64,000 bases of DNA from Bryobacterales bacterium (GTDB taxonomy: Bacteria; Acidobacteriota; Terriglobia; Bryobacterales; UBA6623): assembly GCA_965242705.1 (NCBI GenBank), contig OZ251486.1, forward strand, positions 64,580-128,579, read 5' to 3'. Shown in pieces: positions 34,885 through 44,700 of the stretch (positions are counted from its first letter, which is position 1; every line of letters begins with the position of its first letter). The notes under the pieces are model-generated. The model saw only the letters and a program-made list of their open reading frames with translations, was not told where the DNA came from and did no database searches. The translations under genes were made by a program, and so were the position numbers.

Positions 34885-35893
34885 TGTTTTTGCAAGCGGC
34901 GCCGTCCGCCTCGGTTCGCAAGTCGTGTGCGATGGTTTTGCCGATGGATATCCTCTCCGTGTCCAGACGCATATCCACGCCGACCACATGGCCGATTTCG
35001 ACAGAAGCAAGGGTTTTCAAGATATCCTGATGAGTCCGGAAACCCATGAACTTCTGATTGCGGAACGCAATGCGGACCTTGAGTACCGCGACAACCTCCT
35101 GCGGGTCGGGCGCGGCGACGAGCGAATGCTTGAAGACGGCTCAAAGCTCTTCTTCCTGCCGTCCAATCACATGCTTGGCTCGCGCCAAGTTGCGCTGGAA
35201 TTACCTGACGGCCGGCGAATCGGCTATTCGAGCGACTTCGGATGGCCTCTTGATGAGGTCATCAAGGTCGATCAGCTTGTCGTGGACAGCACTTACGGCA
35301 GCCCCCGAAGCGTCCGCCGCTACACTCAGGCCGAGGCGGAAGAATGCCTGTTCGATCTCGTATGCGAGCGATTGCGGCATGGCCCCGTGCATGTCTGCGC
35401 TTACAGGGGAACGATTGAGCGAGTTTTGCAAGTACTCGGGGACAATGTAGGGGTTCCGATTCTGGCTACCGAGCGGCTCATGCGCGAAGTAGGGGTTTAT
35501 CAAAAGTACGGGTTCGCCGCCGGGAGCCTGGATAAAATCGATTCGGACAAAGGCTTGGCGGCCATGAAGGAGAGGTCGTATGTTCGGCTGTATTCGAAGG
35601 GTGACGGGTTTGGCAACGAACCGATCGGCGGAACCCGCATTACTTGCAGCGCGTTCATGGTGGATGCGGATCATCCATTGAAGACCTATTCGGACCGAAC
35701 ATACAGCGTGGCGTTATCCAATCACGCGGACTTCGATGAAACGCTGGCGTATGTTCAGGCCACCGGCGCCAAACGGGTGGTTACAGACAACACACGGACC
35801 TACGGCGTAGAGTTGGCCATCGCCATCAACAACCGTTTTGCGGGCGTTCAGGCCGAGCCTTCCACAAACAAACCCGGCCCGCGCTGGAATTAG
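34865..35893 (+). CDS. metallo-beta-lactamase-fold hydrolase (possible nuclease)
   Basis: About 342 aa from ATG 34865 (the ORF track starts at TTG 34847). HxHxDH motif VQTHIHADHM and a later SNHAD. Overlaps the upstream gene by 20 nt. Confidence 0.7.
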   Translation: MSDIVVDVFASGAVRLGSQVVCDGFADGYPLRVQTHIHADHMADFDRSKGFQDILMSPETHELLIAERNADLEYRDNLLRVGRGDERMLEDGSKLFFLPSNHMLGSRQVALELPDGRRIGYSSDFGWPLDEVIKVDQLVVDSTYGSPRSVRRYTQAEAEECLFDLVCERLRHGPVHVCAYRGTIERVLQVLGDNVGVPILATERLMREVGVYQKYGFAAGSLDKIDSDKGLAAMKERSYVRLYSKGDGFGNEPIGGTRITCSAFMVDADHPLKTYSDRTYSVALSNHADFDETLAYVQATGAKRVVTDNTRTYGVELAIAINNRFAGVQAEPSTNKPGPRWN

Positions 35894-36058
35894 GCGGTAC
35901 GCTCCCGATTCGGCGCGGTGCTGGGCGCGGCGGTCGAGGGGCGGCGCGTTGAAGGCGGGCTGCGGGGGCGGTTTCCATGCGGCGGCGGGATTTTTGCGAG
36001 TTTTTGGGGCGGCGGGCGCTTTTTTGCGCGCCGGCGGAATTGGTACAATTGCGGCGGC

Positions 36059-38887
36059 ATGAGAGTTACGGCTTGGGTTCGTTTCTTTTTCGGTTCGGCT
36101 GCGGTCTTTTTCGGTTCGGCTGCGGCGGCTTGGGCGCAGACGCCGTTGACTGCGGAGGGCGTGGTTTCGTTCCGCGTGCGCTTCGGGCTTACCGATAGCG
36201 CGCAGACGTCATGGGACGGCGCGGTTACCGTTTCCAACGGCGAGCTGCTCGGGCTGCGCGATTGGCGTCCGCGTCCCGAGAACGCCGTCGAGGCGCCGAA
36301 CAAGTGGCGGTTTTCGACGCTCAAGGGCGTGAATTACCGGTATCCGGCGTACTACATCATTCCCAACACGGGGGTTGTGGAGTACTACTGGACTCCCGGG
36401 GTGATCGTCGACGTGAAGGCGGAGGCCGGGACGCGGGTCAACGTGCGCACCGACCAGGGGCGGTTTTCGTTCAACGCGAGGGACATTCCTCTGGCCGCGC
36501 CGAAGACGTTTCTGGACGGCGGCGCCGTCGTGGAGCGGGTTGCGCCGGCGGAGAAGCTGACAGGAGAGGAGTACGAGGACGATTTCGCGGCGATTCTGGG
36601 CGGCGAAGACGGCGAGATATGGGTTGCCTGGATTGCCTACAAGGCGGGGGCGAACCACGTGCTGGCGCGGCGGTTCGACGGCGCCGAGTGGGGCGGGGCG
36701 ATGGAAATCACCGAGGGGCCGAGCGACGCCTATCTGGTGAAGATGGGGCGGGACAAGGGCGGCGACCCGTGGTTCGTCTGGGCGAACCAGACGGGCGGCA
36801 ATTTCGATCTCTACGGGCGGGCGCTGAAGGGCGGCTCGCTGACGCCCGTTGTGCGCCTGAGCGACAGTCCCCAGCCCGACGCCTTTCACAACTTGGCGAC
36901 GGACTCGAACGGCGGCCTGTGGCTTGTCTGGCAGGGGTTCCGCGGCGGCAAGTCGGACATTTTCGCGCGGCGTTACGACGGCGGGCGCTGGGGGGACGCG
37001 CAGAAGGTTTCGACTTCGCCGGCGAACGATTGGGAGCCGGTCATCGCCGCCGGGCGCAGGGGAGAGATTCATGTCGCCTGGGACAGTTACGACAAGGGCG
37101 ATTACGACGTGCTGCTGCGCACCTGGGACGGGGCGAAGTGGGGCGAGGTCGAGGCGATCGCCGGCACGAGGCTTTACGAAGCCCACGTTTCGCTGCAGGT
37201 GGATGGGGAGAACCGGTTGTGGGCGGCGTGGAACGAGAGCGGCATGAACTGGGGCAAGGACACGGGGGCGCTGCTCAGCGTGGAAGGCACGCGGCTCTAC
37301 CATTACCGGCGCATGCGGGTCGCGGCGCGGGACGGCCGCGGGGGCTGGCGGGTTCCGGTTGCGGACATCAACGATTCGCTGCCGGCGCATATGGACGACC
37401 GGCACAACGATTTTCCGCAGCTTGCGCTGGACGGGCGGGGGAGGGTGTGGCTTTTCGGGCGCTACCGCACGATTCGGCAGCGCGACATGCCCGACGAGAC
37501 GCCGCTGCACCGCGCCTGTTGGGAGATTTGGGGTTCGACGCTGGACGGCGATCGCTGGACGGTTCCGCTGGAGTTGCCGTTCAGCCAGAGCCGCCAGGAC
37601 GTGCGCTGGGGCGTCGCGCCGGACGGCAAGGGCAATCTGTTTGCCGCGTGGGCGATGGACAACCGCGATTTCGAGGATTTTCTGTACACGCATGAGGACG
37701 TGTACGCGGCGAAGCTGCCCAATCTGGAGCGGAAGACCGCGGCGCCGGTGCTGAGGGCGCGCGCGGAGCCAACGCTGTACTACCACGACCTGGCGCCCAC
37801 CGAGACCGCCGATCTGGAGCGGCTGCGGACGTATGAGATTCGTTCCGGCGGCAAGGTTTACAAGATTTACCGCGGCGACACGCACCGGCACACCGAGTTT
37901 TCGATGGACGGCAACAACGACGGCTCGCTGCTGCAAACCTACCGCTATGCGATCGACGCGGCAGGCCTCGACTATTTGCTGGCCAGCGAGCACAACCACT
38001 TGGGCGGCCCGGACAACGAATACGTCAACTGGCTGCTGCAGCAGACGGTGGACGTGTTTTCGGTGTCGGGGGCGTTCCAGCCGTATTACGGGTACGAGCG
38101 CTCGATCAGCTTTCCCGACGGGCACAGGAATATCCTGTTCGCCAAGCGGGGCAACCCGACGCTGCCCATGGCGCCGGAAGAGCGCAACCACGAGAAGGGC
38201 GCGGGGCGGCTTTACGATTACCTGAAGAAGCACAAGGGCATCGCCATTTCGCACACGCCGGCGACGCGCATGGGCACGGACTGGCGGGACAACGACCCGG
38301 ACGTGGAGCCGCTGGTGGAGATTTTTCAGGGCGATCGCGTTTCCGCCGAATACGAAGGCGCGCCGCTGGCGGCGAACAGCGAGAATCCGGCGTCGCAGGT
38401 GGGCGGCTTCCAGCCGGCGGGCTACGTGTGGAACGCTTGGGCGAAGGGATACAAGCTGGGCGTGCAGGCGGCTTCGGATCACCTTTCGACGCACTATTCT
38501 TACGCCTGCACGATAGCGGAGGAGTTTACCCGCGAAGGCATGATCGAGGCCATGAAGCGCCGCCACAGTTACGGCGCGACGGACAACATCATCCTCGATT
38601 ACCGGCTGCGCACCGCCGACGGGAAGGAGTATCTGCAGGGCGATATCGTCACGGTCGAGGGCGGGTTCACGCTGGCGGTCAAGGTGATCGGCACGACGCA
38701 TCTGCGCCAGATCGACATCATCAAGAACCAGGAGTTTTTGCACAACCGGCAGAATCTCGCGCAGGAGACGAGTTTCGATTTCACTGACAACGACAAGCAG
38801 CCGGGCGAGGATTTCTATTACGTGCGCGTGGTGCAGGACGACAACAACGTAGCTTGGTCGTCGCCGATCTGGGTCACGACGCGGTGA
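36059..38887 (+). CDS. large secreted protein with a C-terminal PHP/CehA-McbA-type metallohydrolase-like domain
   Basis: Internal ATG of ORF 35918..38887 gives the signal peptide MRVTAWVRFFFGSAAVFFGSAAAAWAQ. W/G-rich repeats in the N-terminal half. GDTHRHTEFS and LASEHNH metal motifs. Confidence 0.55.
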   Translation: MRVTAWVRFFFGSAAVFFGSAAAAWAQTPLTAEGVVSFRVRFGLTDSAQTSWDGAVTVSNGELLGLRDWRPRPENAVEAPNKWRFSTLKGVNYRYPAYYIIPNTGVVEYYWTPGVIVDVKAEAGTRVNVRTDQGRFSFNARDIPLAAPKTFLDGGAVVERVAPAEKLTGEEYEDDFAAILGGEDGEIWVAWIAYKAGANHVLARRFDGAEWGGAMEITEGPSDAYLVKMGRDKGGDPWFVWANQTGGNFDLYGRALKGGSLTPVVRLSDSPQPDAFHNLATDSNGGLWLVWQGFRGGKSDIFARRYDGGRWGDAQKVSTSPANDWEPVIAAGRRGEIHVAWDSYDKGDYDVLLRTWDGAKWGEVEAIAGTRLYEAHVSLQVDGENRLWAAWNESGMNWGKDTGALLSVEGTRLYHYRRMRVAARDGRGGWRVPVADINDSLPAHMDDRHNDFPQLALDGRGRVWLFGRYRTIRQRDMPDETPLHRACWEIWGSTLDGDRWTVPLELPFSQSRQDVRWGVAPDGKGNLFAAWAMDNRDFEDFLYTHEDVYAAKLPNLERKTAAPVLRARAEPTLYYHDLAPTETADLERLRTYEIRSGGKVYKIYRGDTHRHTEFSMDGNNDGSLLQTYRYAIDAAGLDYLLASEHNHLGGPDNEYVNWLLQQTVDVFSVSGAFQPYYGYERSISFPDGHRNILFAKRGNPTLPMAPEERNHEKGAGRLYDYLKKHKGIAISHTPATRMGTDWRDNDPDVEPLVEIFQGDRVSAEYEGAPLAANSENPASQVGGFQPAGYVWNAWAKGYKLGVQAASDHLSTHYSYACTIAEEFTREGMIEAMKRRHSYGATDNIILDYRLRTADGKEYLQGDIVTVEGGFTLAVKVIGTTHLRQIDIIKNQEFLHNRQNLAQETSFDFTDNDKQPGEDFYYVRVVQDDNNVAWSSPIWVTTR

Positions 38888-38921
38888 GGGCGCGCGGGGC
38901 GCGAACGGCGGGGGGCGGCGC

Positions 38922-39491
38922 ATGGCTGCGCAACGGATTCGCTGCGCCTGGGCGGGGCATCCGCTGTTGGCCGAGTACCACGATCGCGAATGGGGCGTTC
39001 CGGTTCATGACGACCGGAGGCTTTTCGAGTTGCTGATTCTGGAGGGCGCGCAGGCCGGGTTGAGTTGGCTGACGGTGCTGCGCAAGCGCGAGGCGTACCG
39101 CGAGGCTTTCGCCGGGTTCGACCCCGCGCGGGTGGCGCGGTTTTCGGCGGAAAAGCGGGCGAAGCTGCTCGAAAACCCCGGAATCGTGCGCAACCGCCTG
39201 AAGGTTGCCGCGGCGGTGAGCAACGCCAGGGCGGCGCTGGCCGCACAGGAGGAGTTCGGCAGCCTGGACGCTTATTTGTGGGGGTTCGTCGAGGGCAAGC
39301 CGATGCGCAATGCGTGGAAGGACGCGGGCGAGATTCCGGCGACGAGCAAGGAGTCCGACCGCATGAGCCGGGAACTGAAGCGGCGCGGGTTCCTTTTTGC
39401 GGGATCGACGATCTGCTATGCGTTCATGCAGGCCGCGGGCATGGTCAACGACCATGAGACGGGCTGTTTCCGCTACGGCGCCTGCGGTTAA
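38922..39491 (+). CDS. tag: DNA-3-methyladenine glycosylase I
   Basis: 189 aa. [23 protein letters not shown] and a C-terminal DHxxxC zinc-snap motif. Confidence 0.9.
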   Translation: MAAQRIRCAWAGHPLLAEYHDREWGVPVHDDRRLFELLILEGAQAGLSWLTVLRKREAYREAFAGFDPARVARFSAEKRAKLLENPGIVRNRLKVAAAVSNARAALAAQEEFGSLDAYLWGFVEGKPMRNAWKDAGEIPATSKESDRMSRELKRRGFLFAGSTICYAFMQAAGMVNDHETGCFRYGACG

Positions 39492-39724
39492 AACTTGACG
39501 CCGCGCTTGGCCAGATCGTCGAGGACGCGGTCGATGCCGCGGCGGTTGATGATCTTGATGCCCTTGGCGCTGACGCGCAGTTTGACCCAGCGCCTGCGGG
39601 ACGGCGACCAGAAGCGCTTGTCGTGAACGTTGGGATGGAATACCCGGCGCGTTTTGTTGTGCGCGTGGGAAACGTTGTTTCCGGTCATCGGGCCCTTGCC
39701 GGTAACGATGCAAACCTGTGCCAT
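39488..39724 (-). CDS. rpmB: 50S ribosomal protein L28
   Basis: 78 aa from the internal ATG of ORF 39488..41206. [27 protein letters not shown]. Confidence 0.9.
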   Translation of the reverse strand: MAQVCIVTGKGPMTGNNVSHAHNKTRRVFHPNVHDKRFWSPSRRRWVKLRVSAKGIKIINRRGIDRVLDDLAKRGVKF

Positions 39725-39799
39725 TGGGTTCAGCATAGCACGGCCGGCCGCGGGGCGGCATGGGGGCGGGGATATACTTGAAGGCAGCGGCGTCTTGCG

Positions 39800-40963
39800 A
39801 TGCGGCGGTACTATTTCGATCACAACGCGACGACTCCGGTCGCGCCGGAAGTGCTGGAAGCGATGCTGCCCTATTTGCGGGGCGCACACGGCAACGCGTC
39901 GAGCATTCACAGTTTCGGACAGGAAGCGCGGCTGGGCGTGGATCGCGCGCGGAGGCAGGTCGCTTCGCTGCTGGGCTGCGCGGCGCGGGACATCGTGTTC
40001 ACCAGCGGCGGCACGGAGGCCGACAATCTGGCGGTTTTCGGCACGTTGCGGGCGGCGGGCGGCGGCGCGCGCCATGCGATTACGAGCTGCGTCGAGCATC
40101 CGGCGGTCTTGCAGGCGTTCGAGAAGCTGGAGAGCGAAGGCGTTGCGGTGGATTATCTTCCGGTGAACGCGGACGGGCTGGTTTCCGTCGATGACGCGCG
40201 GGCGGCGCTGCGTCCCGACACGGCGTTGATTTCGGTGATGCACGCCAACAATGAGTTGGGCGCGATTGAGCCCGTAGCCGAGATCGGCCGGACGGCTCAT
40301 GAAGCCGGGGTGCGCTTCCACACGGACGGCGTGCAGAGTTGCGGCAAGATTCCGACCCGCGTCGGCGAGCTCGGCGTCGATTTCTTCAGTTTGAGCGCGC
40401 ACAAGTTTTACGGACCCAAAGGCGTCGGGGCGCTTTACGTGCGCCGGGGCGTACAGCTCGAGAACGTGCAGTACGGCGGGCGTCATGAGCGCGGGCGGCG
40501 GCCGGGCACCGAGAACGTGCCGGGCATCGTCGGGCTGGGCGCGGCGGCGGAATTGGCTGAAAGGAATCTCGCGGCGGAGGGCGCGCGGCTGGCGGCGCTG
40601 CGCGATCGCCTGGAGGAGGAGGTCTTGCGGAACATCGAACAGTGCCGGGTCAACGGCCGAGGGGCGCCGCGCGTGCCCAATACGACCAGCATTCAGTTCG
40701 ACCGCATCGAGGGCGAGGCGCTGCTGATTGCGCTCGACCTGCGCGGCTGCGCGGTTTCGAGCGGCGCGGCGTGTTCGAGCGGCGCGGTGGAGCCGTCTCA
40801 CGTGTTGATCGCGGCCGGCCTCGACCGCAACCGGGCGAAATCGACGCTGCGGTTTTCGTTGGGCAGAGAGACCGACGACGAGCACATCGACGCGCTGACG
40901 GGGGCCTTGACGGAAGCGGTAACGCACTTGCGGGCGCTTTCTCCGGCGCATGCGGAGGCGTGA
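39800..40963 (+). CDS. cysteine desulfurase (NifS/IscS-type), likely housekeeping
   Basis: 387 aa. [32 protein letters not shown] and SSGAACSSG. Confidence 0.85.
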   Translation: MRRYYFDHNATTPVAPEVLEAMLPYLRGAHGNASSIHSFGQEARLGVDRARRQVASLLGCAARDIVFTSGGTEADNLAVFGTLRAAGGGARHAITSCVEHPAVLQAFEKLESEGVAVDYLPVNADGLVSVDDARAALRPDTALISVMHANNELGAIEPVAEIGRTAHEAGVRFHTDGVQSCGKIPTRVGELGVDFFSLSAHKFYGPKGVGALYVRRGVQLENVQYGGRHERGRRPGTENVPGIVGLGAAAELAERNLAAEGARLAALRDRLEEEVLRNIEQCRVNGRGAPRVPNTTSIQFDRIEGEALLIALDLRGCAVSSGAACSSGAVEPSHVLIAAGLDRNRAKSTLRFSLGRETDDEHIDALTGALTEAVTHLRALSPAHAEA

Positions 40964-40997
40964 GCGGATGCCGGGGAAACAGGCGGGAGGGAAAGGA

Positions 40998-41945
40998 ATG
41001 CGGATCGGGGTTTGTTTCTCGGCGCTCGCCTTGGCGGGCGTTGCTTTGCGGGCGCAGGGGCCGCCGACCGACCGCCTGCGCGAGTTGGCTTTCGCCAAGC
41101 AGCCGGCCGCGGCGCGCGATCTTTTCGAGTCGAGCCGGGCGGGGCGGGAAGCGCTCACGCCGGAGTGGCTGGAGGCGATGTCGTGGGTCGGGCGGGCGGG
41201 CGCCATCGGCGGCGATTGGGAGATCGCCGAGACCTACGCGCGGGCGACCGTCGAAGGCTGCGAAAAGCTGCTGCGGAGCCGCGAACTGGACGCCGACGGC
41301 GAGGCGCCGCTGCCCATCGCCCTGGGGGCGGCGATCGAAACCCTGGGCAAGTTCTACGATGCCGCCGGCGGCCGCGGCCGCGCGGCCGCCTATTTGCGGG
41401 AGCAGAGCCGCAAGTACGCGGGCGCCTCGATCGAGACGCGCATCAACAAGAACCTGAACCTGCTCGACCTGGTCGGCAAGTCCATGCCCGAACTGGAAGC
41501 GGCGCAGTATTTGCGCGCGCAGCCGAAACCGCCGACGCTGGAGCAGTTGCGGGGCGGCGTGACGCTGTTTTTCTTCTGGGCGCATTGGTGCAGCGACTGC
41601 AAGAAGCAGAAACCGATATTGGAGCGGCTGCACGAGCGTTACGCCGGGCGCGGCCTGCGCATCGTCGGCCCTACGCGCCTGTACGGCTACGTCGGCAGCG
41701 GCGATGACGCGGCTCCCGATGAGGAACTGGCCTATATCGAGGGGGCGTACAGCCGGCGTTATCCGCTGCCGGCGTGGATGCCGGTTCCGCTCAGCGAAGC
41801 GAACTTCGTGCGCTTCGGCGTCAGTTCGACGCCTACGCTGGTGCTGACCGACCGTTCGGGAATCGTGCGCCTCTACCACCCGGGGCGCATGGGCGAGGCG
41901 GAATTGGCGCGGGAGATCGAGGCGCTGGCGGCAGCGGAGGATTGA
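40998..41945 (+). CDS. TlpA-like thiol:disulfide oxidoreductase with N-terminal helical domain
   Basis: Internal ATG preceded by ggagggaaagga. Signal peptide, then thioredoxin motif [13 protein letters not shown]. Confidence 0.7.
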   Translation: MRIGVCFSALALAGVALRAQGPPTDRLRELAFAKQPAAARDLFESSRAGREALTPEWLEAMSWVGRAGAIGGDWEIAETYARATVEGCEKLLRSRELDADGEAPLPIALGAAIETLGKFYDAAGGRGRAAAYLREQSRKYAGASIETRINKNLNLLDLVGKSMPELEAAQYLRAQPKPPTLEQLRGGVTLFFFWAHWCSDCKKQKPILERLHERYAGRGLRIVGPTRLYGYVGSGDDAAPDEELAYIEGAYSRRYPLPAWMPVPLSEANFVRFGVSSTPTLVLTDRSGIVRLYHPGRMGEAELAREIEALAAAED

Positions 41946-41975
41946 CGGGCCGGCGCCGGACGGAGCGTGCGCGGC

Positions 41976-42269
41976 TTAGCGCCGGTTGTTTTGAACCAAG
42001 ACGCCCGCCAAGGCGCCGATTGCCGCCGAACCCAACGCCGTCAAGATTTGCGGCGGTTCCTGGCCGTTCCAGGCCAAGGCTGCTCCGCCGCCCGCTGCAA
42101 TCAGGATCGTCGCTGCGAGCGCACAGGCGACGATGCGGTAAAACAGCCTGTCGGTCTCGAACGCCGGCCTTGCCCTCTGCGGTTCAATAGAGCCTCGGCC
42201 TTTGGGTCTTCCTTCACCGCTCCAATCTTGACCGCCAAGCCGGTCTTGCTCTGCGTCGTTCGGCATCAT
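41976..42269 (-). CDS. small hypothetical membrane protein
   Basis: 97 aa from the internal ATG of ORF 41976..42572. Two hydrophobic helices. Confidence 0.4.
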   Translation of the reverse strand: MMPNDAEQDRLGGQDWSGEGRPKGRGSIEPQRARPAFETDRLFYRIVACALAATILIAAGGGAALAWNGQEPPQILTALGSAAIGALAGVLVQNNRR

Positions 42270-42280
42270 CTGCGCAACTT

Positions 42281-42529
42281 TCAGTTTTTGCCCACTCCGG
42301 GCAGAATCAACTGTTCGATCGAGCCGTTCTTGTTTCTGATGAGCAATTGGCCGTCGTTTTCGATTACGTCCACGAACTCGCGCATCAGATTCAACGCCGT
42401 GCTGACGGTGGCCGCTTTGTTTCTCATGTTCAGTGTTTCCGTCAAACGTTCCGCATTCGCCGCGTCTTTGTCTGACAACTCCATCCTTACTTGTACGGAC
42501 ATCGCATCTCCTCGTAATTTTCGAACCAA
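42281..42529 (-). CDS. small hypothetical protein
   Basis: 82-aa ORF ending 11 nt upstream of the 97-aa gene. AT-richer than its flanks. Confidence 0.4.
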   Translation of the reverse strand: MVRKLRGDAMSVQVRMELSDKDAANAERLTETLNMRNKAATVSTALNLMREFVDVIENDGQLLIRNKNGSIEQLILPGVGKN

Positions 42530-42575
42530 AGTTAGAAGGACATAAAGATATCGTCGAGATACGCTTGTGCATGAA

Positions 42576-43544
42576 TTATCGCATAGGCGCCGGCTTGACT
42601 TCGTGCAGCAGGGGCTCGCCGCGCAGGCCGCGCAGCAGGTTTTCGACGGAAAGCTCGGCCATTTTCGCGCGCGTTTCGACCGTGGCGCTGCCCAAGTGGG
42701 GAGTGATGGTGACGTTGTCGAGCGCCAGCAGCGGGTGGCCGCGCGGCAGCGGCTCGGGTTCGGTAACGTCCAGGCCGGCGCCGGCGATGCGTTTCTCGCG
42801 GAGCGCCTCGTAGAGGGCTTGCGTATCGACGATCGCGCCGCGGGCGACGTTGATCAGGAACGCGGAGGGCTTCATGCGGGACAGGGCCGGCGCGTCGATG
42901 AGGTTGCGCGTTTCGTCGGTCAGCGGGCAGGCCAGAACAACGTAGTCGGCGCGGCGGAGCAGGTCATCGAAGGAAACCCAGGCTGCGCCGAAATCGGCCT
43001 CGTCCGCTCGGCGCCGGCGGTTGTGGTAGAGGACGCGCATGCCGAAGCCGCGGGTGCGCTTGGCGATTTCGCAGCCGATGCTGCCCAGGCCGACAATGCC
43101 CAGCGCGGCGGAGTGGACTTCGCGGCCGTGCATGAAGCCCGGGTCGTAGCGCAGGAACGCGGGGGAGCGGGCGTAGCGGTCGCCTTCGGCGGCGCGGCGC
43201 GCCGCGGCGAGCAGCAGGGTGAAGGCCATGTCGGCCGTTGCGCCGTCGAGGATGCCGGGCGTGTTGCCCACGGGGACGCCGCGCGCGGCGGCAGCGGCGA
43301 GATCGATGTGATCGACGCCGACGCCGTAGTTGCTGATGACGCGTACGCCGCGGAGCCGGTCGAGCATGGCGCCGTCAACGGGGACGTGTCCGTAGGTATA
43401 GATGCCGTCCACGGGTTCCGCGCGGCCGGCGAGGGCGACTTGCCAAGGGAGCCATTCGATTTTGCCGCCGCCCAACCGCAGGATGACGTCGTCGAGCGGG
43501 CCGTCGGCGATGACCTGGGCAAGAGACATGGGAGCAAGGGGCAT
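42576..43544 (-). CDS. D-isomer-specific 2-hydroxyacid dehydrogenase (glyoxylate/hydroxypyruvate reductase-like)
   Basis: 322 aa. GIVGLGSIGCEIA NAD-binding motif and TPHLGSAT. Confidence 0.85.
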   Translation of the reverse strand: MPLAPMSLAQVIADGPLDDVILRLGGGKIEWLPWQVALAGRAEPVDGIYTYGHVPVDGAMLDRLRGVRVISNYGVGVDHIDLAAAAARGVPVGNTPGILDGATADMAFTLLLAAARRAAEGDRYARSPAFLRYDPGFMHGREVHSAALGIVGLGSIGCEIAKRTRGFGMRVLYHNRRRRADEADFGAAWVSFDDLLRRADYVVLACPLTDETRNLIDAPALSRMKPSAFLINVARGAIVDTQALYEALREKRIAGAGLDVTEPEPLPRGHPLLALDNVTITPHLGSATVETRAKMAELSVENLLRGLRGEPLLHEVKPAPMR

Positions 43545-43578
43545 GGGGTTCGACCATTGTATCCGCCGCGGCGGAGTT

Positions 43579-44559
43579 TCAGGCGCCGGCGGCGGGGTCG
43601 GCCGCTTTCCACAGCGTGACGCTGTTTTGCGTTTGCTGCTCGACGCGGCCCTCGCGGGACATGTATTCGAGATGGGCGAGCGCCTCGGCCATGGCGAAGC
43701 GCCGCGAGGCGGCCGGGCGCTCTTGGCCCCAGACGACGCCGGCGATATCGTAGGCGTGCAAGGGCCGGCCCCGTACGGCGTCCAGTATCTGATCGCAGCG
43801 CTTGCGGTGGTGGCTGCGGACGCCGGCGATCCACTCGCGATGCCCCGTGAACGGGCGGCCGTGGGAGGGCAGTACCTTGTCGATGTCGAGCAATTCGAGC
43901 ACGCGCAGGGAATTGAAATACTCGCCCAGAGGGTTGCCTTGATAGAACCAATGCACGCCGATATTGGGGGTTGTGCGCTCGAGGATGGCGTCCGTGGAGA
44001 ACAGCAGGCGCTGCTCGGGGCAGTGGAAGCAGAGCATCGCGGGCGAGTGACCGGGGGCCATGACGGCGCGCAGCGTACCGCCGGAGAAGGCGATCGTGTC
44101 GCCGTCTTCGATGGGTTCGTCCGCCAGGAAGCGCTCCATGCTCTCGGAGACGCCGCTTGCTTCCTCGCGCATGGCGTCGATATCGGCTTGGGGTACGCCG
44201 TGGGCGCGCATGTAGGGTTCGGCGCGATCGAAGAAGCGGCGGCCGGGGCCGCGCGGCTTGACCATTTCGGCTTCGACGGGATGCATGCGGATGGGCGCCC
44301 CCGATCGCCTGCGGATTTCGGCCGCCGCGCCGACGTGGTCGGGGTGCATGTGGCTGATCAGAATCCGCGCGATGACGCGCCAATCGAGATTGAGGCTTGC
44401 CAGAGAGGCTTCCAGCGCCAGCAGCGATTCCTCGGTTTTCAGTCCGGCATCGAGCAGGAGATAGCCGTCGGGTTGGCGGAAAAGAAACACATTGACGCTG
44501 CTCAACGCCCAAGGCAGGGGCAGCCGGATTTGCCAGGCTCCTTCCCCGGCAGGCCACAC
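43579..44559 (-). CDS. MBL-fold metallo-hydrolase
   Basis: ISHMHPDHVG motif. The start is taken as a GTG (V of KVWPAGEG) because the 681-aa ORF runs antisense through the next gene. The start is approximate. Confidence 0.65.
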   Translation of the reverse strand: MWPAGEGAWQIRLPLPWALSSVNVFLFRQPDGYLLLDAGLKTEESLLALEASLASLNLDWRVIARILISHMHPDHVGAAAEIRRRSGAPIRMHPVEAEMVKPRGPGRRFFDRAEPYMRAHGVPQADIDAMREEASGVSESMERFLADEPIEDGDTIAFSGGTLRAVMAPGHSPAMLCFHCPEQRLLFSTDAILERTTPNIGVHWFYQGNPLGEYFNSLRVLELLDIDKVLPSHGRPFTGHREWIAGVRSHHRKRCDQILDAVRGRPLHAYDIAGVVWGQERPAASRRFAMAEALAHLEYMSREGRVEQQTQNSVTLWKAADPAAGA

Positions 44560-44700
44560 TTTGGGAGTTGGATGCGGGGGCGGCAAGGCTTTCGGAGGGG
44601 GAGCGGGGAAGCTGCGCCCGGGACTCTCGATTGTAGCAACGCGGTTGTCGCCTATGCTGATAGCGATGGCCCTGGATTGCCTTGAGGAGGCCGGCCGGCG

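Noticed and set aside
36209-38923. 904-aa minus-strand ORF antisense to the secreted PHP-like protein gene. Similar very long shadow ORFs occur at 45844..49074 (-), 14578..16773 (-), 14997..18005 (+), 10445..12526 (+) and 22938..24356 (-).
   Set aside because: Their translations are low-complexity and Arg/Pro/Ala/Gly-rich, with no motifs. Each lies exactly antisense or out of frame to an ORF with clear family signatures. This is the typical stop-codon-poor shadow frame of high-GC DNA.
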